This document shows positions 32,239-40,888 of a DNA stretch of 44,585 bases, in pieces. The stretch is from assembly GCA_013334735.1 (NCBI GenBank), contig JAAXXA010000001.1, positions 1-44,585 of the forward strand. Direction: 5' to 3'. Under the pieces are notes generated by a model. The model was not told where the DNA came from. It saw only the letters and a program-made list of their open reading frames with translations, and ran no database searches. The translations under genes were made by a program, and so were the position numbers. The DNA is from Bacteroidota bacterium (GTDB taxonomy: Bacteria > Bacteroidota > Bacteroidia > Bacteroidales > CG2-30-32-10). How positions within the stretch are numbered: position 1 is the stretch's first letter; each line of letters begins with the position of its first letter.

Positions 32239-34749
32239 TTATTTTATATCCAACCTAACACCATCATCAAGGAAATTGGTACCGTCATATACAAATTTTA
32301 CAGATCCAACTCCATAAGGTGCAGTGTTAAATACAGGCGCTATACCACCATCCCACTTTACATTTGAAGGCCATGAAACTGTCCATCCGCCTGTAGAATT
32401 CTGTTTTATAATGAGCGTATAAAGCCCCCCGCTCTTGCCATTGATAAATGTTAACGACCGATTGGCTGTTAAAGTTATCTCCTGCACATTGCTGTTATTC
32501 CAATTAACGGTAGCTGGAGCCGGAGTTGAAAAAGTTACCTGATTTCCATAGCTTATCCCTACCGAATTAATTGCATACGCCCTCACATAATAAAGAGTTC
32601 CAGCTGTTAAACCCGTCATTGAGGAGGCAAACGCTCCTGTTGTTCCTGCAGTTATTCCTTTACTGTTAGCAGTGGTAGGAGTTGTAGAAGTATTCCAGCA
32701 TACGCCACGCTCTGTTATTGTAGTTCCGCCATCGGCAGTTACATTTCCATTACCTGTTGCGGTTGTTGAAGTAATACTTGTTCCCGCCTGAGTTGTAACA
32801 GTTGGAACATTAAGAGTAGTAAAACTTACTTCATTTCCATAGCTTGTTCCTACCGAATTAATTGCATACGCCCTCACATAATAAAGAGTTCCAGCAGTTA
32901 AACCCGTTATTGAGGGGGTAAACGCTCCTGTTGTTCCCGCAGATGTTGCTTTATTGTTAGCGGTAGTCGGAGTTGCCGAAGTATTCCAACAAACACCTCG
33001 CTCGGTTATTGTAGCTCCACCATCGGCAGTTACATTTCCATTACCTGTTGAGGTTGTTCCTGTTACACTTGTAACAGCTTGAGTTGTAACAGTTGGCGCA
33101 ACATTAATAATTGTATATACAATAACAAGTTGAGGATCTTGCGAAGTACCTGTTTGTTCGGCAAAATAACAACTGAGGCTATGAGTAACATTATTATTTA
33201 TAGGTGTTGTGTTATCAAAGTCGCATCCTTCCCTTGCCATAAATTTTGTTATTCCAGTCTTTGAAATGGCTGCAAGTCCGCTTGAATTTAAAGTAAATGT
33301 TGTAGTACCTGTTATGTTTGATGAACGTGGCGCGAATTCCGTTTGCGAGTTGAGAGCTGTATAACAACTATAATCTGCTGTTGAAAGGTCCGTATTAGAA
33401 GCAGGATTGCATCCACCAAAAGAATAGGATACATTTTGTCCCGAAGAGTTTAAAACCGAAAGGGCAAATGTTGCAGAACTTATACTTGCATTAGAAGTAA
33501 GTGTAGATGTATTGAAAAGGAACACACCACGTTGGAGATAAAAAGTATTATCACGCGTTCCTATAAAATCAGTATTTATAACAGATGGATATGCATAATG
33601 CCCACTTACTGCGCTTCTATATCCGGATGCCCAAGTGCCGGAACCGGTATTATATTGAATACTACCGTCAACGGTATTTACTTCAACATCAGGATCAGGA
33701 TAAAAAGTTGAAGTAGCATCTGTAAACACAGGTAGGGTTGCAGTTTTGAAATAAGCTGCTTCAATGTGTTTAGTTAGAATAAACTCATTGGGATCTGTTG
33801 GAACATTTGTAGCTGATGCTAACATTGGTTTTTCAAAATCGAAGCGAATAGGTTCACGTTTTGCCCAACCTCCTTTTGAATCCCAGATATAGAAGTTAGC
33901 CCAACCATTGCCTCTTTTGCTTTCGGCATTTTTTAATTTTACGGTAACATTTTTACCATCGTTTACTGTTTCGACCTCATCTGAGTATATTACCTTAAAC
34001 TGGAAGTCGGTATTTTTAGCTAGTATTTGATTAAAACGGATAAATTTTCTCAAACGTGGAGCCTTACCTTGGTGTACCCAATATATCAAATCAGCCTGAA
34101 TATCAGGATAAGCGTTAGGATAAACCACATACTGGGCTTTCCCCCAACCTAAATTTCCTGTTTCTGTTTTACCAGCCACATGGGCTGTTCCTAGTGCCTG
34201 TATAGTTTGTTCCAAAGGCTTGTCATAAATAATTTCGTTGGTAAACACATCATAACGGTTATTGTTATTGAAAACTGCAGGTTCGTCTGCATAAAATGGA
34301 GCGAGTACTTGAAAAGGAGCTTCTTTCATTTCAAAGCCTTTTGCTGTTTTAACAAAATCAGGATTAATTTCTTTCCAAGTATTATTTTCATTCATATAGT
34401 TAATCCACTTGCCATGAAACTCAATTTGACGTTTGTTACTATCCAATATTGTGGTTTTAGAATTATATGAAAGTCTGAGTTCTTGAGGATCATTAATTTC
34501 CAAATCATTATCAGCGTCATGCAATCCTTCATTCTGTATAATGTTTTTTGAATTGTAAGAAAATTTAATATCCTTCGTATCAATAATCTTAAACACCTTA
34601 TCAACGGGAGGTATTTGGTTGCAGCTATTCATAATAATAAAAAGTATAACAAAATAGACCATCGAATATTTTAGTTTGATATGCTGGATAATTAACTGTT
34701 TTTTCATTGTTTTGTAAATATTATATGTATAATTGATTTTCTTTTTCAT
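32239..34749 (-). CDS. CTD-family protein with unique ~500-aa N-terminal head (possible lipoprotein) + 2 Fn3-like (subtype 1) + shared C-terminal domain
   Basis: ATG at 34749; alternative in-frame ATGs are at 34707 (MKKQLII..) and 34662 (MVYFVILFIIMNSC). The hydrophobic stretch ends in ..IIMNSC/NQ, a weak lipobox. I cannot assign the head. Its last ~200 aa (..FYLQRGVFLFNTSTLTSNASISSATFAL....SCYFAEQTGTSQDPQLVIVYT) are organised somewhat like DNRLRE-type accessory domains (low confidence). The protein ends VNWNNSNVQEITLTANRSLTFINGKSGGLYTLIIKQ... Confidence 0.8.
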   Translation of the reverse strand: MKKKINYTYNIYKTMKKQLIIQHIKLKYSMVYFVILFIIMNSCNQIPPVDKVFKIIDTKDIKFSYNSKNIIQNEGLHDADNDLEINDPQELRLSYNSKTTILDSNKRQIEFHGKWINYMNENNTWKEINPDFVKTAKGFEMKEAPFQVLAPFYADEPAVFNNNNRYDVFTNEIIYDKPLEQTIQALGTAHVAGKTETGNLGWGKAQYVVYPNAYPDIQADLIYWVHQGKAPRLRKFIRFNQILAKNTDFQFKVIYSDEVETVNDGKNVTVKLKNAESKRGNGWANFYIWDSKGGWAKREPIRFDFEKPMLASATNVPTDPNEFILTKHIEAAYFKTATLPVFTDATSTFYPDPDVEVNTVDGSIQYNTGSGTWASGYRSAVSGHYAYPSVINTDFIGTRDNTFYLQRGVFLFNTSTLTSNASISSATFALSVLNSSGQNVSYSFGGCNPASNTDLSTADYSCYTALNSQTEFAPRSSNITGTTTFTLNSSGLAAISKTGITKFMAREGCDFDNTTPINNNVTHSLSCYFAEQTGTSQDPQLVIVYTIINVAPTVTTQAVTSVTGTTSTGNGNVTADGGATITERGVCWNTSATPTTANNKATSAGTTGAFTPSITGLTAGTLYYVRAYAINSVGTSYGNEVSFTTLNVPTVTTQAGTSITSTTATGNGNVTADGGTTITERGVCWNTSTTPTTANSKGITAGTTGAFASSMTGLTAGTLYYVRAYAINSVGISYGNQVTFSTPAPATVNWNNSNVQEITLTANRSLTFINGKSGGLYTLIIKQNSTGGWTVSWPSNVKWDGGIAPVFNTAPYGVGSVKFVYDGTNFLDDGVRLDIK

Positions 34750-34766
34750 TGTTCGTATTAATTAAT

Positions 34767-37364
34767 TTATTTTGCATCCAAAGCTGTTAAATACCCTATA
34801 TAAATAGTGCCATCAAACGCAAATTTAACAAGGTCAACGGCATTTGCTGTTGTAGTGAATATTGGCATTATGCCTCCGGGCCACTTTACATTTGAAGGCC
34901 ATGAAACTGTCCATCCGCCTGTAGAATTCTGTTTTATTATGAGCGTGTAAAGACCTCCGCTCTTGCCATTGATAAATGATAACGACCGATTGGCTGCTAA
35001 TGTAATTTCCTGTACATTGCTATTGTTCCAGTTAACTGTAGCAGTTGCAGGAGTGGAAAAAGTTACCTGATTTCCATAGCTTATGCCAACTGAATTAATT
35101 GCATAAGCCCTTACGTAATAAAGAGTTCCAGAGGTTAAGCCAGTCATTGAAGAAGTAAACGATCCTGTTGTTCCAGAGGAAGTTGATTTGCTGTTCGCTG
35201 TTGTAGGAGTTGCAGAAGTATTCCAACAAACACCTCGCTCTGTTATTGTTGCTCCACCATCTGAAGTTACATTTCCATTTCCGATGGCAGTTGTTGAAGT
35301 AATACTTGTTACCGCCTGAGTAGTAATAGTAGGTGCAAAAGAAGGAGAAACAAATCCATAAACATAAAATGGCTGATCTCTGTTTGTTTGCGCAGCCCAT
35401 GCAGGCGTATTGATTTCATAATACATGCCATTACCTGAATGAGTAGGGGAAGAGTTGTCATATCCAACCATAGTATAGTCAGCACCACCTCCACTAATTT
35501 CAACAAGAATAACATAATGAGTATTTGGAATCATTGTGTATGTATTATCAAAATTAAATGAGATAAGTTGATAACTGGTCGTTAAAGCAGAGGCATTTTG
35601 CGAATTTGTGGATGTTGCCAGAACAGAGCCTCCAATTGAAGAAGTACCATAAGTACCCGAGTGCGAATATAATTTTGCTACAATAGTACCAGTGGGTGAA
35701 CCGGTACCTTTTTTAAGATAAAACAATGCATTGCTAAGTGTGTATGAAGTACCATTATTAGGAGTGGTAAATGACTGCCCCCAACGCGTAAAGATAGTTG
35801 AATTAAGACCTTGATCTTCGGATGTGTTTGTCTCTGAGTAGCTGTCAATAAGTATTGCTACAGCAGTAACAGTGTATGTTCCGCTACTTGTAAAAGTATG
35901 GATTGTGTTACCACCAGATGTTGTAATAGTTCCTCCAGTGGCTGAAAGGGTTCCTGTAGGATAGGAGATGATCACGATACCGGAACCACCATTACCACCT
36001 GTCCCGTAAGCAGTATTATAACCACCGCCGCCGCCTCCACCGCCTGTGTTTGTAGTACCATTTTGCCCATTTGAGGACGAATTACTTCCATTTCCGCCAC
36101 CAATATTACCCCCTGTTCCGGCGGTTCCCCCAAGACGTCCGTCTTTGCCTCCTCCTCCTCCTGCTCCATAATAAACAGAACTACCTGAAATAGTGTAAGC
36201 AATCCCATCTCCTCCAATTCCGGCCTGTCCATTATTATTTGAACTTGCATTTCCGCCTACAGCACCTGCTCCACCACCACCTCCTCCTCCAACATAACCG
36301 CCTGCGGCTGTTCCTCCATTATTTCCCTGCAAAGTTGTTCCATTTCCGCCAATCTGTCCCGGACTATTTGCTCCGCCACCTCCTGACCCGCCGTTATGCC
36401 CGACAGAAGGAGGATTGTCCGAAGCGCCGCCACCACCACCAATTGCTGTTATTGCTTCAAAAATGGAATTTCCTCCATCTTGACCATGATAGAGGGGAGA
36501 ACTTCTCTGTCCACCAAGACCACCGGAGCCAATCGTTATCGAATAAGAACCAAGGGGAATAGAGTAAGAATTTGAAAAGAAAACTCCTCCTCCTCCTCCT
36601 CCTCCTCCATTTCCAGAAAGGTTATTAAAACCACCTCCACCTCCACCACCAGCAACTACTAATACTTTCATAGGAGGTGACATCTGAGGGGGAACTCCTG
36701 AATTCAAAGCTATACCCATAGCATAACTATTACCTGATAATGCCGCGGTACCATTAAGTGTTGTAGCAGATGCAGGGCTTATTGCCGCATTATTGTCATA
36801 AAAGCCCACAAAATTGGAAGCAGTGCCTCTAAGTGTAGTACCTGCATCAGGGCTTATTGCCCCACAATAATTACTACGAAAAGCGGCTACCACCCACGAA
36901 TTATTTAAGGTCGGTGTAATTGTAATTGATTTTGCCGTGCCCGACTGAAAGTTACTTGTATATGCTTCATAGGCGCCAACTCCGCTATATGAAACAGCTT
37001 GTGTTGACCAGTCACCAGCGCCTGTGAAAGTAACCGAAAAATTATTTGTTCCGGTTGGAGCATAAAGTGTAATAAAAAGCCATGTTCTATCGGAACCTTG
37101 AGGATTCTCGGTAGCAACCTGAGTCATAGCAACACCGCCATAAGTAACAGCGCTAATAGTTTGACTTGTGCTACCTTGAATATAAAGCAAAACCGCGTTA
37201 CCCCCAACGTTATTAAAACTAATTGATTGAGGAGAACTTGGACCCACTACATAATTAAATACGTTACTGTTGTATGCTATGGATGCCGAAGCCTTTGAGA
37301 TCACCAAAATGCCTAATGCTGTTAAAATAATTGATGTTTTAATTAATACTAATAGTTTTTTCAT
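34767..37364 (-). CDS. Secreted CTD-family protein: 'YNGV' domain + glycine-rich domain + unassigned beta-rich domain + Fn3-like (subtype 1) + shared C-terminal domain
   Basis: Starts MKKLLVLIKTSIILTALGILVISKASA. 'YNGV' domain motif: SIAYNSNVFNYVVGPSSPQSISFNNVGGNAVLLYIQG..ISAVTYGGVAMT. Gly-rich domain: MKVLVVAGGGGGGGFNNLSGNGGGGGGGG..YSITIGSGGLGG..GGSGIVIISY. The protein ends VNWNNSNVQEITLAANRSLSFINGKSGGLYTLIIKQ... Confidence 0.9.
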   Translation of the reverse strand: MKKLLVLIKTSIILTALGILVISKASASIAYNSNVFNYVVGPSSPQSISFNNVGGNAVLLYIQGSTSQTISAVTYGGVAMTQVATENPQGSDRTWLFITLYAPTGTNNFSVTFTGAGDWSTQAVSYSGVGAYEAYTSNFQSGTAKSITITPTLNNSWVVAAFRSNYCGAISPDAGTTLRGTASNFVGFYDNNAAISPASATTLNGTAALSGNSYAMGIALNSGVPPQMSPPMKVLVVAGGGGGGGFNNLSGNGGGGGGGGVFFSNSYSIPLGSYSITIGSGGLGGQRSSPLYHGQDGGNSIFEAITAIGGGGGASDNPPSVGHNGGSGGGGANSPGQIGGNGTTLQGNNGGTAAGGYVGGGGGGGAGAVGGNASSNNNGQAGIGGDGIAYTISGSSVYYGAGGGGGKDGRLGGTAGTGGNIGGGNGSNSSSNGQNGTTNTGGGGGGGGYNTAYGTGGNGGSGIVIISYPTGTLSATGGTITTSGGNTIHTFTSSGTYTVTAVAILIDSYSETNTSEDQGLNSTIFTRWGQSFTTPNNGTSYTLSNALFYLKKGTGSPTGTIVAKLYSHSGTYGTSSIGGSVLATSTNSQNASALTTSYQLISFNFDNTYTMIPNTHYVILVEISGGGADYTMVGYDNSSPTHSGNGMYYEINTPAWAAQTNRDQPFYVYGFVSPSFAPTITTQAVTSITSTTAIGNGNVTSDGGATITERGVCWNTSATPTTANSKSTSSGTTGSFTSSMTGLTSGTLYYVRAYAINSVGISYGNQVTFSTPATATVNWNNSNVQEITLAANRSLSFINGKSGGLYTLIIKQNSTGGWTVSWPSNVKWPGGIMPIFTTTANAVDLVKFAFDGTIYIGYLTALDAK

Positions 37365-37393
37365 AATTTGTAGATAATTGTTATATAATTAAT

Positions 37394-39001
37394 TTAAAAT
37401 TGTTTGATTTCTGTTTCATAATAATAAGCACCGTCATATAAAAATTTTATGATTGCTACAGCATTGCTTGTTGATGTTAATATTGGCGCGATGCCGGTAT
37501 CGCTCCACTTAACATTTGCGGGCCATGAAACAGCCCATCCTCCTGTTACGTCTTGTTTTACAATAAGATGATAAATACCTCCACTCTTGCCATTTGTAAA
37601 TGTGAAAGAACGATTGGCAGTTAAAGTAATTTCTTGCACATTACTAATGTTCCAGTTAACTGTAGCAGTTGCGGGAGAGGAAAATGTTACCTGATTTCCA
37701 TAGCTTATTCCAACAGAATTAATTGTATAAGCCCTTACATAATATGAAGTGCCTGCTGTTAAACCTGTTATTGAAGCTGTGAAAGCTCCTGTGGTACCGG
37801 TAGAAGTTGCTTTACTGTTAGCAGTGGTAGGAGTTGTAGAGGTATTCCAACATACGCCACGCTCTGTTATTGTTGCTCCGCCATCTGAAGTTACATTCCC
37901 ATTTCCTGTGGCAGTTGTTGCTGCAATACTTGTTACCGCTTGAGTTGTAACGGTTGGGATATTAAGAGTTGTAAAAGTTACTTCGTTTCCATAGCTTATT
38001 CCTACTGAATTAATTGCATAAGCCCTAACGTAATAAAGAGTTCCTATAGCTAATCCGGTCATTGAGGAGGTAAACGTTCCCGTGGTACCGGCGGAAGTAG
38101 CTTTACTGTTAGCAGTTGTAGGAGTTGAAGAAGTATTCCAACAAATACCACGCTCTGTTATGGTTGCTCCACCATCTAATGTTACAGTTCCATTTCCTGT
38201 GGCTGTTGTTCCTCCAATACTGCTGACTGCCTGAGTCGAAAGAGTAGCGATAGAGGTAAATGGATAAGCAAAACCATTTCCGGAATTATAAAGATTAGTT
38301 ACTTCAGCATCACTAAGAACTCTTGTCCAAAGACCTAATTCATCAATCATCCCACTAAAGAAAAGTTCTTCTATTGATGTCTTTCGGTTTCCAAAACGAA
38401 TATTTGGGCTTCCATACGACTGCACAAAATTTGGTGTGATAGTATTCGGAGTGTTGTTGTTCACAGAAATAGACAAAGTTCCGCCGCTTGTAAACCGGCA
38501 AGCTACAAAATACCACGTTCCTGTAAAAAGAGAGGTAAGATCACCTACATTTGTATTATTACCTGTGGTTGCTATTCCAACTCTTAAGTCATTACCTGGT
38601 CCAATAAAAAAATATATCCCTTTAGCTGAAGAACTTTCATCATAGGCAGTAAAAATCCAATGATGTGCGGAATTTAAAAGTGCAGGTTTTACCCAACATG
38701 TAATAGTGAAATTTCCAGTAGGCTCAAATGCGCTTCCTGCGATTCCCGTAAAATATTTTGTGGAGTTTGGGCTTCCAAAATCCGCTCCATTGTTTATTTT
38801 CCCTGAAGCATAAGCTACAGATCCGACATTTGTAATCGTATTTCCTCCACCAGTAGCGTCATTACCGTTTCCATCGAATTTGTAATAAACGCTCAATCCT
38901 GTAATAAGCGGTGACTGAGCGAAACAGAATGCAAAAGGATATACAAAGTAGGATATAATAAATATTCCGGCGAATGCTTTGCTAATAATTTTAGTTTTCA
39001 T
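37394..39001 (-). CDS. Secreted CTD-family protein: LamG-like head + 2 Fn3-like (subtype 1) + shared C-terminal domain
   Basis: Starts MKTKIISKAFAGIFIISYFVYPFAFCFAQ. LamG-like motifs: LSVYYKFDGNGNDATGGGN..FTITCWVKP..IDELGLWTRVLSDAEVTNLYNSGNGFAYPF. The protein ends VNWNISNVQEITLTANRSFTFTNGKSGGIYHLIVKQ..VSWPANVKW..IKFLYDGAYYYE. Confidence 0.9.
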   Translation of the reverse strand: MKTKIISKAFAGIFIISYFVYPFAFCFAQSPLITGLSVYYKFDGNGNDATGGGNTITNVGSVAYASGKINNGADFGSPNSTKYFTGIAGSAFEPTGNFTITCWVKPALLNSAHHWIFTAYDESSSAKGIYFFIGPGNDLRVGIATTGNNTNVGDLTSLFTGTWYFVACRFTSGGTLSISVNNNTPNTITPNFVQSYGSPNIRFGNRKTSIEELFFSGMIDELGLWTRVLSDAEVTNLYNSGNGFAYPFTSIATLSTQAVSSIGGTTATGNGTVTLDGGATITERGICWNTSSTPTTANSKATSAGTTGTFTSSMTGLAIGTLYYVRAYAINSVGISYGNEVTFTTLNIPTVTTQAVTSIAATTATGNGNVTSDGGATITERGVCWNTSTTPTTANSKATSTGTTGAFTASITGLTAGTSYYVRAYTINSVGISYGNQVTFSSPATATVNWNISNVQEITLTANRSFTFTNGKSGGIYHLIVKQDVTGGWAVSWPANVKWSDTGIAPILTSTSNAVAIIKFLYDGAYYYETEIKQF

Positions 39002-39033
39002 TTTGTTTATTTTAATTTTAATGATATATGTAT

Positions 39034-40848
39034 TTAAAAATGAATATTTAATGATTTTCCATTTTCTAAATAATTAGTTCCATCAAATACAAATTTAATA
39101 ATGTCAATTGTATTAGGTGCGCTTGTTAATGTTGGCTCTACGGCATCTATCCACCCCACATTTGCCGGCCAGCTAACAGTCCATCCTCCAGTCGCATTCT
39201 GTTTAATAAGCAAAGTATATAGCCCTCCACTCTTGCCATTTGTAAATGTGAAAGAACGATTGGCAGATAATGTAATTTCCTGCACATTGCTGTTGTTCCA
39301 ATCTACTGTAGCAGGGATAAGAGTAAGCGTTGTGACAGTTGCGTCAGCATAAGATGAAGTACATGGTGAATTATTGATAGTCCATCGTAATACATAACTC
39401 CCTGCTCCTCCATTGGGTGTAAATATAGTATTATAAACTGATGTAGTTCCAAATTGGCTTGAAGATGTGCTCGGACCACTAACTACTGACCATGTGCCTG
39501 TACCAATAGAAGGACTATTTCCTGAAAGTGTTGCGCTACCTGTAGTGTATATGGTTTGAGTGGAACCATTCGTTGCTGTAGTAGGAGAAGCTTTTAAAGT
39601 TTGTGTAGCGCTTGCTGAAGTACTACCTGCTTTAATACTCGTGGTAGTCAGGTCTGTTGTTGTTATTGCATCAACGGCAATATTATGACCGTCAGTAACC
39701 GAGGAGGCAATATCTGTTGTTATCCAAAAATAATAGGTGTTGCTAATAGTTAGAGTAGGGCTTGTGAAAGAAGCAAGCGTATGTGATCCGGTTCCGAGTG
39801 ATGTTGTTAAATCAGTTCCAAGTTGTGTGGCGGTTGATAAACTATTTGTAGAGCTTCCCCACAACTGAAATTTTGTAATCTCTGAGGAAGTATATGTTCC
39901 GGTAGTTGTAAAACCTACGTCAGTGAGATTTCCATCACCATTAGTAACTGCTAAACTAAAACTTTGTATTGCAACTTTTGTAGTGCCGGCGCATTGATTC
40001 GCTGCTGAAGTTGCATTTGATCCTAAAGTAATGGTTGGGTAGCCATTATAAAGTTTCGAGACTTCGGTTGCTGTCAATGCCCGGTTGAAAAAAGCGACAT
40101 CGTCAATGAAACCCTTAAAAAAAGAGCCGGGAGTTAAACTTGAACCAATCCAGGTTTTCCCCGATCTTGTAGTTTCATCTCCTCCACTAGTAGAGGCCGC
40201 CCACGATCCTATGGGAGAACCATCAATATATCCTATAAAATTTGTTCCGTCAAAAGTAGCACATACGTGGTGCCACACTTCGGTTGAAAGTTCTCCCGAG
40301 GTGTTTCCTCCTGACCAACCACCTGATGCATGCCTCCAAAAATAAAACCTTTTTGTTGAACCATCATTGTAGTAGTTTATTTCATATAATACTCCTCCAT
40401 TGCCAGCTGCTTTTTTATTATCTAACCACAATATTTCAGCTCCATCTGCAGAGTTAGGAATAGGGTTAGCCGCTAAATATATCCATGTTGAAAAAGTAAA
40501 ATTGCTTGAAGAAACAAAACCATAATAGGAATCTATGTTAAGATATTTTGAAGAGTTAGTAGCTCCGTAATCAGCAGCATTTCCAAACTTTCCCGCGTTG
40601 AAAGCGATGGAATTATTGTTTGTTAAACTATATGAACCTTTGCTGTCGGTAGTATTCGAAAGACGATAATACGCAACAAGGTTTGCATCATTGAAAAGGG
40701 GTGTAGAGTATAGTTCTATAGTTTGGGCTTGGGTATTAAAACTAAGTAAATTAAAAACAAGCAATCCAAGAATATACACTAACAGATGGTGCATTGAAAT
40801 TTTAATCTGCTTTTTACATATTTTCGAAGTATTGGTCTGTTTTTTCAT
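39034..40848 (-). CDS. Secreted CTD-family protein: LamG-like head + two unassigned Ig-like/beta modules + shared C-terminal domain
   Basis: Starts MKKQTNTSKICKKQIKISMHHLLVYILGLLVFNLLSFNTQAQ. LamG-like motifs: LVAYYRLSNTTDSKGSYSLTNNN..FIDDVAFFNRALTATEVSKLYNG. The middle region (NQCAGTTKVAIQSFSLAVTNGDGNLT..YYFWITTDIASSVTDGHNIAV; GTGTWSVVSGPSTSSSQF..LRWTINNSPC) is shared with 40889..42829. The protein ends VDWNNSNVQEITLSANRSFTFTNGKSGGLYTLLIKQ... Confidence 0.9.
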   Translation of the reverse strand: MKKQTNTSKICKKQIKISMHHLLVYILGLLVFNLLSFNTQAQTIELYSTPLFNDANLVAYYRLSNTTDSKGSYSLTNNNSIAFNAGKFGNAADYGATNSSKYLNIDSYYGFVSSSNFTFSTWIYLAANPIPNSADGAEILWLDNKKAAGNGGVLYEINYYNDGSTKRFYFWRHASGGWSGGNTSGELSTEVWHHVCATFDGTNFIGYIDGSPIGSWAASTSGGDETTRSGKTWIGSSLTPGSFFKGFIDDVAFFNRALTATEVSKLYNGYPTITLGSNATSAANQCAGTTKVAIQSFSLAVTNGDGNLTDVGFTTTGTYTSSEITKFQLWGSSTNSLSTATQLGTDLTTSLGTGSHTLASFTSPTLTISNTYYFWITTDIASSVTDGHNIAVDAITTTDLTTTSIKAGSTSASATQTLKASPTTATNGSTQTIYTTGSATLSGNSPSIGTGTWSVVSGPSTSSSQFGTTSVYNTIFTPNGGAGSYVLRWTINNSPCTSSYADATVTTLTLIPATVDWNNSNVQEITLSANRSFTFTNGKSGGLYTLLIKQNATGGWTVSWPANVGWIDAVEPTLTSAPNTIDIIKFVFDGTNYLENGKSLNIHF

Positions 40849-40888
40849 GATTTTACAAATATTATATTTTAAAATAAATATACATTTC

